Shown: one piece after another, positions 19,258-27,853 of the stretch
Layout: each line of letters starts with the position of its first letter
Position numbering within the stretch: position 1 is the first letter of the stretch
DNA from: Ghiorsea sp.
GTDB lineage: Bacteria > Pseudomonadota > Zetaproteobacteria > Mariprofundales > Mariprofundaceae
NCBI GenBank assembly: GCA_027019685.1
Contig: JALUWH010000201.1
Span: 1-43,816 of the forward strand
Direction of reading: 5' to 3'
Length of the DNA: 43,816 nt
Program-made: the position numbers and the translations under genes
Notes under the pieces: model-generated
The model's input: the letters and a program-made list of their open reading frames with translations, nothing else
Database searches by the model: none
What the model was told of the DNA's origin: nothing

Positions 19258-19698
19258 ATGACCAATCTAAATACCGACTCATCATCTGTGCAGAGCTACC
19301 TTACTATCTTACAAAACATTATTAGTAGAATGGCTTCTAATAGCGCATCATGTAAAACATGGTGTGTAACATTAGTCTCTGCAATCTTAGTTTTAATTGC
19401 CGACAAATCCAAACCTGACTACGCGCTAATAGCGGTAATCCCTATCCTCCTCTTCTTTTTTTTGGATGCATACTATTTAGGATTAGAGCGTGGCTTTAGA
19501 GATTCGTATAATGAATTTATAAAAAAACTACATGCTAATAGTGCTGTAGTTGAAGACATATTTATAGTCTCACCTGGCGGCGGTACATTACATATTTTAG
19601 GCCTTACTTTTAAATCACTGTATTCAATATCAGTATGGCCATTTTATGGTGTGCTGCTAGTAATGGTGCAAGTGGCTAAAAAGTGTGTGTTATCCTAG
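19258..19698 (+). CDS. Three-TM membrane protein, putative effector of the TIR operon
   Basis: LQNIISRMASNS..CKTW, LDAYYLGLERGFR motifs; three hydrophobic segments; 6 bp after the second TIR gene. Confidence 0.65.
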   Translation: MTNLNTDSSSVQSYLTILQNIISRMASNSASCKTWCVTLVSAILVLIADKSKPDYALIAVIPILLFFFLDAYYLGLERGFRDSYNEFIKKLHANSAVVEDIFIVSPGGGTLHILGLTFKSLYSISVWPFYGVLLVMVQVAKKCVLS

Positions 19699-19708
19699 AA
19701 TATTAACC

Positions 19709-19777
19709 TTACGCAATAATCGGTAAAATAAGCTCCAAAGGTCTTGCAATAGCAGCTTTTAAGTCGTTGGCAACAAT
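19709..19777 (-). repeat. 69-bp duplicate of the arsC 3' end (copy 1, non-coding)
   Basis: 66/69 identical to 20533-20601, including the stop codon. Confidence 0.92.
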
Positions 19778-19781
19778 GTGT

Positions 19782-19808
19782 AGAAAGGGGTCATTGAGAA
19801 AGGGGTCA
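19782..19808 (+). repeat. 12-bp direct repeat AGAAAGGGGTCA x2
   Basis: Exact copies at 19782-19793 and 19797-19808. Confidence 0.7.
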
Positions 19809-19936
19809 GGTCTTGTTTCGTGCATTCCTTCGTCAGTAGTATTGAAAAACTAAGGTTCTTCCTTTACTTTAGAGTCAGTAAATGAGGAATAGTGGTTATT
19901 TCTCCTAAGGTAATTAAACCAATAGGATTTTATATC

Positions 19937-20509
19937 ATGCCTAATCCCGATGCACCTAAAATGATAACCTTTGAATCAGCACAAGAGCTAAGCAAATGGC
20001 TGCAAGCCAACCATGCCAGCGAAAGTGAACTTTTGATCAAAATGTTCAAGAAGGGCTCTGGTATTTCTAGTATAAGCTGGGATGAAGTCGTGGTTGAATC
20101 GTTGTGCTGGGGTTGGATTGATGGTCTCAAGAAATCCATTGATGACCAAGCCTACCTTCAACGGATTACGCCGAGAAAGGCGAACAGTAATTGGTCGAAA
20201 CGAAACACAAAACATGTCGAACGCCTGATAAGTGAGGGTAAGATGCAAGAGTCGGGGCTTGTGCATGTTCGTGCTGCAAAAAAAGACGGTCGTTGGCAAA
20301 ATGCCTATACAGTGAGTGATATGAAAGTGCCCGCAGACTTTTTAGAAACTTTAGAAAACATACCTAAAGCCAAGCAGTTCTATGAGACCCTTACCAAATC
20401 TAATCGCTATGCCATTGCTTATGGACTGGCATCTGCAAAGAAACCTGAAACCAGACTGCGGCGATTTAAAACATTCATGGATAAGCTAACCCGCAACGAG
20501 AAGCCTTAA
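19937..20509 (+). CDS. YdeI/OmpD-associated family protein
   Basis: WLQANH, ESLCWGWIDG, TPRKANSNWSKRN and AKKPETRLRR motifs; AGGA RBS before ATG 19937. Confidence 0.88.
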   Translation: MPNPDAPKMITFESAQELSKWLQANHASESELLIKMFKKGSGISSISWDEVVVESLCWGWIDGLKKSIDDQAYLQRITPRKANSNWSKRNTKHVERLISEGKMQESGLVHVRAAKKDGRWQNAYTVSDMKVPADFLETLENIPKAKQFYETLTKSNRYAIAYGLASAKKPETRLRRFKTFMDKLTRNEKP

Positions 20510-20532
20510 TTGCAACAGGTGCAACAACAAAG

Positions 20533-20601
20533 TTAAGCAATAATCGGTAAAATAAGTTCCAAAGGTCTTGCAATAGCAGCTTTTAGGTCGTTGGCAACAA
20601 T
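20533..20601 (-). repeat. arsC 3' end (copy 2, coding copy of the 69-bp repeat)
   Basis: Direct repeat of 19709-19777. Confidence 0.92.
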
Positions 20602-20880
20602 CGGGCGTTCAATCATTTTAGGGTATTGCACCATCAAGGCAATCAACTCATCGCGGCTTAAATCTTTGCCTTGAACATGCTCCTTGTATTCAGCTTCGCC
20701 TTTGCGCATCAAGTCTTGCGGTTTCATACCAAGCTTATCAAGCACAGTCGTTAATTCTTCAATAGTAGGTGGGGTTTCAAGGTAGTTAATCACCTCATGC
20801 TCCACGCCTTTTTCTTCTAAAAGATTAAGCGCAGCGCGGGATTTACTGCATCTTGGGTTATGATAAATTTGAATACTCAT
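20533..20880 (-). CDS. arsC: Arsenate reductase (glutaredoxin-type ArsC family)
   Basis: IYHNPRCSKSR, YLETPP and MIERPIV...AAIARP motifs; ATG 20880 follows the slyD stop. Confidence 0.88.
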   Translation of the reverse strand: MSIQIYHNPRCSKSRAALNLLEEKGVEHEVINYLETPPTIEELTTVLDKLGMKPQDLMRKGEAEYKEHVQGKDLSRDELIALMVQYPKMIERPIVANDLKAAIARPLELILPIIA

Positions 20881-20881
20881 G

Positions 20882-21370
20882 TTAGTGCCCACAGCCTCCT
20901 TCACCATGCACATGCCCGTGCTCCAATTCTTCAGATGTGGCATCACGAACACTCATGATTTCAACATCAAAGTTTAAAGTCTCGCCTGCAAGCGGGTGAT
21001 TGGCATCAATCGTCACCGCTTTATCATCCACCGCAACCACAGTGACAAGTTCAATCCCATGCTCTGCTTCTGCTTCAAAGCGCATACCTACTTCAATTTC
21101 ACCATCAAATTGGAATACGTCGCGCGGTACAGTTTGCGTTAATTCAGGATTGCGCTCGCCATAGCCTTCGGCAGGTGCAATGGATGTTTTAATGGTGTCG
21201 CCAACTTTTTTGCCTTCCAATTCTTTTTCCAAGCCTGGCACCAAATTCTCATTGCCATGAATATAGGGTAATGGCGCTGCATCGCGCGATGAATCTACGG
21301 TTTCACCCTTATCATTGGTTAATGTATAATGAATTTCTACTGCCTTGTTCGCTGTTACTGTATCTGACAC
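20882..21370 (-). CDS. slyD: FKBP-type peptidyl-prolyl isomerase SlyD
   Basis: PLPYIHG.ENLVPGLEKEL, DANHPLAGETLNF and a His/Cys tail HGHVHGEGGCGH. Confidence 0.93.
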   Translation of the reverse strand: MSDTVTANKAVEIHYTLTNDKGETVDSSRDAAPLPYIHGNENLVPGLEKELEGKKVGDTIKTSIAPAEGYGERNPELTQTVPRDVFQFDGEIEVGMRFEAEAEHGIELVTVVAVDDKAVTIDANHPLAGETLNFDVEIMSVRDATSEELEHGHVHGEGGCGH

Positions 21371-21393
21371 ATTCGTCTCCTGTTTATCCTATT

Positions 21394-21630
21394 CTATCGG
21401 GGTGCATTTTGACTGTGTTTCAACAGCAAATATTGCTCATATTCTTTAATGTCCATCTTGCCTAAAATAAATAATTCATGGTCAGCCAATATGTCTGCGG
21501 TGGGCTGCACATTTTCTTTTGCATAATGCGCTTCTGCAAGCATTCGACGCTGTTGGCTTTCAGCTTCAGACACGCCATTTTCACGTTTCATCGCTGCTTC
21601 GCACCATTCTTTCGCCGTTGCGTACTTCAC
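21394..21630 (-). CDS. Small helical protein resembling VbhA-family antitoxins
   Basis: 78 aa; RR..AEAHYAKEN..PT...ADHELFILGKMD.KEY pattern; GAGAGG RBS before GTG. Confidence 0.5.
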   Translation of the reverse strand: MKYATAKEWCEAAMKRENGVSEAESQQRRMLAEAHYAKENVQPTADILADHELFILGKMDIKEYEQYLLLKHSQNAPR

Positions 21631-21703
21631 AATTGCTCAACCTCTCACCTTAGGACTTATTCGCAATACAGCCATCAAACCGAATATTGTCAATGCGCTC
21701 AGC

Positions 21704-22372
21704 TTAAAACGGCACAACCTTGCCATCAAAGGCAACAAACTGCCCTAGCTCATAATCATCAACGCGGCTGATGACATCCGTCATGCCTGCCACTGATGTT
21801 GGCACATCAATCAAACCTGACTGATGCGTCATGTCTGTAGTCACCCAACCTGGGTGCAGTGTAATCACAGAAACACCCGAAGGCTTTAAGTCTATCGCCA
21901 TGGATTTGGAAATAATGATTAAGCCAGCTTTAGCCGCCCGATATGCATATGTGCCACCGCTACCATTATCATCACTTGAGCCCATCTTGGAGCTGATATT
22001 GGCAATTGTTCCCGTGGCTCGGATAATGCGCGCTTTAAGCTGCTGCACCACACGCAATGGCCCCACACAATCCACATTAAACACTTCAAGCATGGCATCC
22101 GATGTAATACTATCTAAATCCTGCGCACCATACGGTCCATAAATACCTGCATTGTTAATCAACAGGTCAATACTATCGGGTAAAGCCAAAGTATTCGCAT
22201 CAAAATCACGGCTTACATCCAACTGCAGCGTATGCAGTTTATCACTTTGAATATCACTCAAACCATCAAGATTACTACGATAACAAGCCCAGACTTCATC
22301 ACCCTGCGCCAAATAATGCTGCACAAAACCCAAACCTAAACCTCGGTTTGCACCTGTAATGACTACATTCAT
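21704..22372 (-). CDS. Short-chain dehydrogenase/reductase (CsgA/C-factor-like)
   Basis: ITGANRGLG, LINNAG, ISSKMGS, YRAAK and HPGWVTTDM motifs. Confidence 0.92.
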   Translation of the reverse strand: MNVVITGANRGLGLGFVQHYLAQGDEVWACYRSNLDGLSDIQSDKLHTLQLDVSRDFDANTLALPDSIDLLINNAGIYGPYGAQDLDSITSDAMLEVFNVDCVGPLRVVQQLKARIIRATGTIANISSKMGSSDDNGSGGTYAYRAAKAGLIIISKSMAIDLKPSGVSVITLHPGWVTTDMTHQSGLIDVPTSVAGMTDVISRVDDYELGQFVAFDGKVVPF

Positions 22373-23880
22373 ACTTCTTCACCCCGATATTGTAATGCTT
22401 CGGCGATATATGCTGATGACACTTGGTCTTCACCAGCCAAATCCGCAATAGTGCGCGCAACTTTTAATATGCGATGATAACTACGCGCCGATAAACCAAA
22501 ACGTTTTAATGCCGTGTTTAAAAGCGTTTCCCCTTCTGCATCAGGTTTAGCATATTGCTCTAAAGCTGTGGGTAAAAGCCTTGCGTTTACAATACCTTCG
22601 CCCTGCCTTGCATATTGAATATCTCTTGCTTTAAGCACCCTTGCTTTGACCAAGGCAGATGACTCACCTACCTGCATTTGCGTTAATTCCTCATGTTCTA
22701 CGGGTGGCACATGGATACGAATATCAAACCTGTCCAATAATGGCCCTGAAATCCTACCCACATAACGAGACACTTGCGTTTGTGAACATCTACACGGTTT
22801 CGATGGGTGCCCCAAATAACCACAAGGGCATGGGTTCATCGCACCAACCAACTGAAATTCTGCGGGAAAAGTTAGCGTATCCGCTGCTCTAGCAATACTC
22901 ACCGTACCACTTTCTAAGGGTTGCCTTAAAACTTCTAAAACTGGACGCTTAAACTCCGGCAGCTCATCAAGAAAAAGGCAACCGTGCAGACTTTTTGTCA
23001 CTTCCCCGGGTTTTGGAATTTGACCCCCACCAATCATCGCAACATCAGATGCCGAATTGTGTGGCGACCTAAAAGGTGGAATTGATGACATGGGCGAACG
23101 TGTATTCGCTTCGCCTGCAATGCTGTAAACCCTTGCAACTGCCAGCCTTTGTTCATCTGTGAGCGGCGGCATAATACTTGGCAACCGTGATGCCAACATG
23201 CTTTTTCCTGAACCTGGAGGTCCGCTCATCAGCAAATGATGTCCGCCTGCTGCTGCGATTTCCAAAGCACGCCGTGCTTGTTGTTGTCCGCGTACATCTT
23301 TGAGGTCGAGTAACTTTTCTTCAGAGTGTGCTGATGTTTCACTCACAGCAAATGGCAGTAATATACGTTTACCCTGCAAATGCCCTGCGACTTCCAATAC
23401 ATTGCTCGCAGCAATCACCTCAATGCCCTGCACAACCGCCGCTTCTTCGGCATTGCCCAATGGCACAATAATTTGTTTCACACCTTGGCTTTTGGCAAAA
23501 AGCGTGAGCGGTAATATGCCTGACACAGGGTTTAAACGACCATCTAACGCCAATTCAGCCGCCAAAAATGGTATATCACTCTGATTTTCCACATGAATTT
23601 GACCTGATGCCAACAATAAACCTACAGCCACAGGTAAATCAAAGTGTGAACCATCTTTGCGTTTATCCGCAGGGGCTAAGTTGACCGTGATATGACGTAA
23701 CGGAAACTCAAAATTAGAATTTAAGAGGGCTGCGCGAACCCTATCTCTAGCCTCACGAACTGCCGCATCGGGCAACCCCACAAGGCTCCATGATGGCATA
23801 CCCCGCGATAAGTCCACCTCAACATCAACGGCTTCCGCCTCAAGCCCCCGAAGCGATGCACTGGCTAGTCGAGCTAACAT
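22369..23880 (-). CDS. comM: YifB/ComM Mg-chelatase-like AAA+ ATPase
   Basis: VGLPDAAVREARDRV, NLAPAD..KDGSHFDLP, GPPGSGKS, LFLDELPEF, MNPCPCG and ARTIADL motifs. Confidence 0.95.
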   Translation of the reverse strand: MLARLASASLRGLEAEAVDVEVDLSRGMPSWSLVGLPDAAVREARDRVRAALLNSNFEFPLRHITVNLAPADKRKDGSHFDLPVAVGLLLASGQIHVENQSDIPFLAAELALDGRLNPVSGILPLTLFAKSQGVKQIIVPLGNAEEAAVVQGIEVIAASNVLEVAGHLQGKRILLPFAVSETSAHSEEKLLDLKDVRGQQQARRALEIAAAGGHHLLMSGPPGSGKSMLASRLPSIMPPLTDEQRLAVARVYSIAGEANTRSPMSSIPPFRSPHNSASDVAMIGGGQIPKPGEVTKSLHGCLFLDELPEFKRPVLEVLRQPLESGTVSIARAADTLTFPAEFQLVGAMNPCPCGYLGHPSKPCRCSQTQVSRYVGRISGPLLDRFDIRIHVPPVEHEELTQMQVGESSALVKARVLKARDIQYARQGEGIVNARLLPTALEQYAKPDAEGETLLNTALKRFGLSARSYHRILKVARTIADLAGEDQVSSAYIAEALQYRGEEV

Positions 23881-24497
23881 GAGAGAATCGAAGCTAGTTT
23901 AGCTTGCGTTACGACTTGCGTAGACTGTATCACTTGAACCGTTGGCGGCTCTTCTAGCTTATATTCTTTTAAGGATGCTACCAAATCATCAAACTGATTT
24001 GACGTTGCCACAATAACATCATCCAAACCAATTACATCACCACTTTTTATTTTTTGTTGCACACTTTTTGCTTCATCAACACTTAAAGTAATCAAATAAC
24101 TTAATGCTTTTCTATGCACATATTTAAGGGCTATCGATTCAAGGTCTGCTTGTTTATACCGTTCTCTGAGTGTCGTTTTTGCACTAAGGCAAATAGGGCC
24201 TCGCTCCTTGGTATAAAGCATCAAGTCATATTCAACATTCGGCACAAAAGCTACCTTCGCCTCTAAATATAATGGCAATAAACCTTCTCTCACACATAAG
24301 GTAGCCAAAATATATTCAAATATTTTACCATTAAGACTATTAGACTTCTCAGCTTGTGCCTGATATTTATGCCAATATTTTTCAATATACTCTGAAGGCT
24401 TATGGTAAGAAACCTCTAAAAAACTCGGGTATAAACTATCAAAAACTCTTTCCGCTTTTGTATCCTTACCAAGCACAACCCCTAAACTTCTAAGCAT
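23874..24497 (-). CDS. Putative type II restriction endonuclease (PD-(D/E)XK, CCGG-family-like)
   Basis: NGKIFE...YDL...SAKTTLRERYKQ resembles the K.xxRER motif of SsoII/EcoRII-like enzymes. Likely ATG 24497 overlaps the methylase stop. Confidence 0.7.
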   Translation of the reverse strand: MLRSLGVVLGKDTKAERVFDSLYPSFLEVSYHKPSEYIEKYWHKYQAQAEKSNSLNGKIFEYILATLCVREGLLPLYLEAKVAFVPNVEYDLMLYTKERGPICLSAKTTLRERYKQADLESIALKYVHRKALSYLITLSVDEAKSVQQKIKSGDVIGLDDVIVATSNQFDDLVASLKEYKLEEPPTVQVIQSTQVVTQAKLASILSC

Positions 24498-25749
24498 ACC
24501 ATATCCCCCTAAGAACCTGCTCTGCCATGGCTTGAATCGCTGGCACTGCCACCGAATTGCCAAACTGACGATAAGCTTGAGCATCAGCCACCACAATTTG
24601 AAATTTATCAGGGAAACCTTGAAGCCTTGCCCATTCTCTTGGTGTCATCTTACGAATACCTTGGCGATTCACTTCACCCTTAATATGTGTCACAGGTGAA
24701 AAATTGGTGAGCCTATGATCATAAATAAGGTTTCTCTCTCTACCCATACCACCACATACGACAGCGTTAGCCACACTCTCATGCGGCACAATCTCATACC
24801 CAAAACCATTACCTTTGCTTTCATGCCTTGCTTTATGTTTGATGAGTGTGTCTAAATATTGGTTGGACAAATAATATTTTACCGAAACTTCTTGTTCTTC
24901 AATAATATCTGCAATACAACGCTGGGGTTCGCATCCCCTTGGGTATTCGAATCCCTGCACATTTAAATCTTTACGAAACCCAACAATAAAAATTCGCTCT
25001 CTATTTTGTGGTACACCAAAATCTTTGGCATTGAATACTTGTGGCTCTGGTACATCATAGCCTAAATCTTCACGTAAAGTATGCAATATAGTTGCAAGCG
25101 TTCTTCCTTTATCATGGTTGGTTAACCCTTTTACATTTTCTAAAAAAAATGCTTTGGGTTGATGGCGTTTGATAATTTCAGCCACATCAAAAAAGAGTGT
25201 GCCTCGTGTATCTTCAAAACCACCACGTTTACCCGCAATAGAAAAAGCTTGGCAGGGAAAACCTGCACAAAGTATATCAAACTGCTTTGGAATATATTGC
25301 TTGGTTTCCTCTTGGGTTATATCACCAAAAGGAATCTCTCCAAAATTCGCTTCATACGTTTTTTGCGAATACTTATCCCACTCGCTCGAAAAAACACACG
25401 CCCCCCCCAAATTTTGCATGGCAATACGAAAGCCACCAATACCTGCGAACAAATCAATAAATGTAAATTTTGCAGGTTGAGGCTCTGGAAAAGGAACATC
25501 TTTTTGAAGTTGTGGCAAATAATACTGTAATGCACTTTCAGCAACCTCTAAAGACACGTTTTCCTGTGGAAATTTCCTTGCTAATAACTCCTGAACATAA
25601 TCAACCGCACCTTTTTTATATCTATCTGAATGCTCCTGATATAAAAAGTGCGTAAAAGAGGCTTTGGTATTATCGTTTTCTTCAACCACCCGAGTCCGAC
25701 GCGGCTTTTGATAAAAGTCCTCTTTTGATATTTTATGTTCTAAACTCAT
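24490..25749 (-). CDS. DNA (cytosine-5)-methyltransferase, M.HpaII-like (predicted CCGG)
   Basis: FIDLFAGIGG, AGFPCQ, ENV, PQNRER and QFGNSV motifs. The TRD (RHESKGNGFGYEI...GGMGRERNL...IKGEVNR) matches my recollection of M.HpaII. Confidence 0.9.
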   Translation of the reverse strand: MSLEHKISKEDFYQKPRRTRVVEENDNTKASFTHFLYQEHSDRYKKGAVDYVQELLARKFPQENVSLEVAESALQYYLPQLQKDVPFPEPQPAKFTFIDLFAGIGGFRIAMQNLGGACVFSSEWDKYSQKTYEANFGEIPFGDITQEETKQYIPKQFDILCAGFPCQAFSIAGKRGGFEDTRGTLFFDVAEIIKRHQPKAFFLENVKGLTNHDKGRTLATILHTLREDLGYDVPEPQVFNAKDFGVPQNRERIFIVGFRKDLNVQGFEYPRGCEPQRCIADIIEEQEVSVKYYLSNQYLDTLIKHKARHESKGNGFGYEIVPHESVANAVVCGGMGRERNLIYDHRLTNFSPVTHIKGEVNRQGIRKMTPREWARLQGFPDKFQIVVADAQAYRQFGNSVAVPAIQAMAEQVLRGIWYA

Positions 25750-25752
25750 CCA

Positions 25753-26004
25753 TTAACCCTTAAGTTGTGCTTCCAGCGTGGCAATGCGCTCTTCCATCTT
25801 TTGCAAGTCTTCACGTGCTTTTTTAAGCATGGCTTCTTGCACTTCCATACGTTCGTGGGTGACCACATCAAAGTGTGCTAATGCACCTTCAACAATGTTT
25901 TGGATTTGAGCTTCTGCACCCATTTTGACACCACCAAGCATTTTGATACCTGATGCGATTTTTTCTGAAATATCATCCAATGTTTTGCTATCTACTGCCA
26001 TCAC
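25753..26004 (-). CDS. ubiK: Ubiquinone biosynthesis accessory factor UbiK (YqiC/BMFP family)
   Basis: FDVVTHERMEVQ..ML..ARE.L..ME.RIA.LE coiled-coil pattern; lies between ubiX and comM. Confidence 0.8.
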   Translation of the reverse strand: MMAVDSKTLDDISEKIASGIKMLGGVKMGAEAQIQNIVEGALAHFDVVTHERMEVQEAMLKKAREDLQKMEERIATLEAQLKG

Positions 26005-26029
26005 TTACTCCTAACCAGCTTCTAATCTT

Positions 26030-26647
26030 TTAAACGCCCCAACGTATATTTGTGCCATCATTCACACCCAAATGATCCATAATCCTATCCACCATAAAAT
26101 CTACCAAATCATCAATACTTTTCGGCTCATGATAAAAGCCTGGCATGGCAGGAATGATACGCACACCCATTTTGGATAGGTTATACATATGCCCCAAATG
26201 GATTTCTGATAATGGTGTTTCACGTGGCACAAGAATTAGGTTTTTACGCTCTTTAAGCATCACATCCGCTGCCCGCTCAATCAAATTACTCGATGCACCT
26301 GTAGCAATTCTTGCCAATGAACCCATGGAGCATGGTACAACCACCATATCCTGCATATCCGCTGAACCCGATGCTACAGGTGACATCCAATCTTTATTGC
26401 CCCAACATGTGAGGTACTTGGCATCTACACCTGTGAAACCCGCAATATCTTTTGCCATCTCATCAAGGTTAGAAGTGAGTTTAAAATTCGATTCTTGCTC
26501 TAAAACCACGCGTGCAGCATCAGAAATCAACAAATGAAGTTGAATTTCTTTTTTTGCTAAACGCTGAATCAAACGCAACGCATAAGGTGCACCCGAGGCA
26601 CCAGTCATGGCAATGATAATAGGGCTATGTTTCTTGTTATCCGACAT
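26030..26647 (-). CDS. ubiX: Flavin prenyltransferase UbiX
   Basis: TGASGA, ASGS, PCSMGSL, RAADVMLKER and RETPL motifs. Confidence 0.95.
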   Translation of the reverse strand: MSDNKKHSPIIIAMTGASGAPYALRLIQRLAKKEIQLHLLISDAARVVLEQESNFKLTSNLDEMAKDIAGFTGVDAKYLTCWGNKDWMSPVASGSADMQDMVVVPCSMGSLARIATGASSNLIERAADVMLKERKNLILVPRETPLSEIHLGHMYNLSKMGVRIIPAMPGFYHEPKSIDDLVDFMVDRIMDHLGVNDGTNIRWGV

Positions 26648-26654
26648 GTCTCAC

Positions 26655-27383
26655 CTACAAACTAAAGCTTTCGCCAAAGTATAATCGGCGTGCATCATCA
26701 TTATTTACAATCTCTTCTGCCGAGCCTTGCACCAAGATTTCACCTGCTGTCATCAAATATGCCCTATCACAAATGCTCAAGGTTTCGCGTACATTGTGAT
26801 CAGTAATCAAAATACCATAACCTTTATCGCGTAAATCACTAATAATTCCCTGAATATCTTCCACAGCAATAGGGTCAACCCCTGCAAAAGGTTCATCCAA
26901 CAAGACAAACTTAGGCTTGGTTACCAAACAACGAGCTATTTCCGTGCGCCGCCGTTGCCCACCCGATAAAGTATATGCCTTTTGCTCTTGCACACTTTCC
27001 AAGCCAAAATCGGCAAGCAGTGCATCCAATTCTTCATGCATTTGCTCTACAGGCATATCCAGCGTCTCAAAAATTGCCAACAAGTTTTCACGTACTGTAA
27101 GTTTACGAAACACACTGGCTTCTTGCGGCAAATAACCAATGCCTTTGCGTGCACGTTTGTACATTGGCATATCTACCAAGGATTCGCCATCCAAAGTTAC
27201 ATCACCACCATCTGCTTCCACAAGCCCGCACACCATATAAAAACTGGTGGTTTTACCAGCACCATTGGCACCCAATAAACCCACACATTCACCCGAAAAA
27301 ACCTCTAGGCTCACGTCATGCACCACGGTTTTATGACCATAAACCTTTTTTAGGTTTGTTGCTGACAAATGTGATTTATCCAT
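26655..27383 (-). CDS. lptB: LPS export ABC transporter ATPase
   Basis: GANGAGKTT, GYLPQEASVFR, LSGGQRRR, LLDEPFAGVDP and ITDHNVRETL motifs. Confidence 0.96.
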   Translation of the reverse strand: MDKSHLSATNLKKVYGHKTVVHDVSLEVFSGECVGLLGANGAGKTTSFYMVCGLVEADGGDVTLDGESLVDMPMYKRARKGIGYLPQEASVFRKLTVRENLLAIFETLDMPVEQMHEELDALLADFGLESVQEQKAYTLSGGQRRRTEIARCLVTKPKFVLLDEPFAGVDPIAVEDIQGIISDLRDKGYGILITDHNVRETLSICDRAYLMTAGEILVQGSAEEIVNNDDARRLYFGESFSL

Positions 27384-27853
27384 TACTTAACTTCTTCACC
27401 AAAGGTAAATTGCACTTGTTTTCCTGACTTACCTTTGAGCACCTTAATATTTTCTGTTGCCGTATGGTATTCAATCACTTCACCTTCAAGCACGCTATTC
27501 TCATCTTTCACTTGGGCATGACCTGTTAAAATCAAAAGCTCTGACCCAGCCTGATAGGTTGCGCGATCTGCACTACCTTGTTTAACCTTGGTTGTGATGA
27601 TGACATGTCCTGTAGCATCCAAAGATTTAAGTTCATTTTTACCATCTATGTCTTGATACCACACCATGATTTTATCCGCTTTCATCACCATATCTTGGCG
27701 ATGTACAACCACATGCCCATAAAAATCAGCACGTTGATCTTCTTGAAACAATTCAAACCTGTCTGCATCCACAGTCATGGTTTGTGCATAAGCCATGGAT
27801 GCACAATTGACCAATGCATAACATAAACTCCACAATACCAACCTACACTTCAT
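27383..27853 (-). CDS. lptA: LPS transport periplasmic protein (OstA/LptA family)
   Basis: Signal peptide, beta-jellyroll pattern, position between lptC and lptB. Confidence 0.85.
   Translation of the reverse strand: MKCRLVLWSLCYALVNCASMAYAQTMTVDADRFELFQEDQRADFYGHVVVHRQDMVMKADKIMVWYQDIDGKNELKSLDATGHVIITTKVKQGSADRATYQAGSELLILTGHAQVKDENSVLEGEVIEYHTATENIKVLKGKSGKQVQFTFGEEVK

Noticed and set aside
20533-20880. arsC as part of an arsenic-resistance operon
   Set aside because: No arsR, arsB or acr3 is adjacent; it is coupled to slyD in a housekeeping run.
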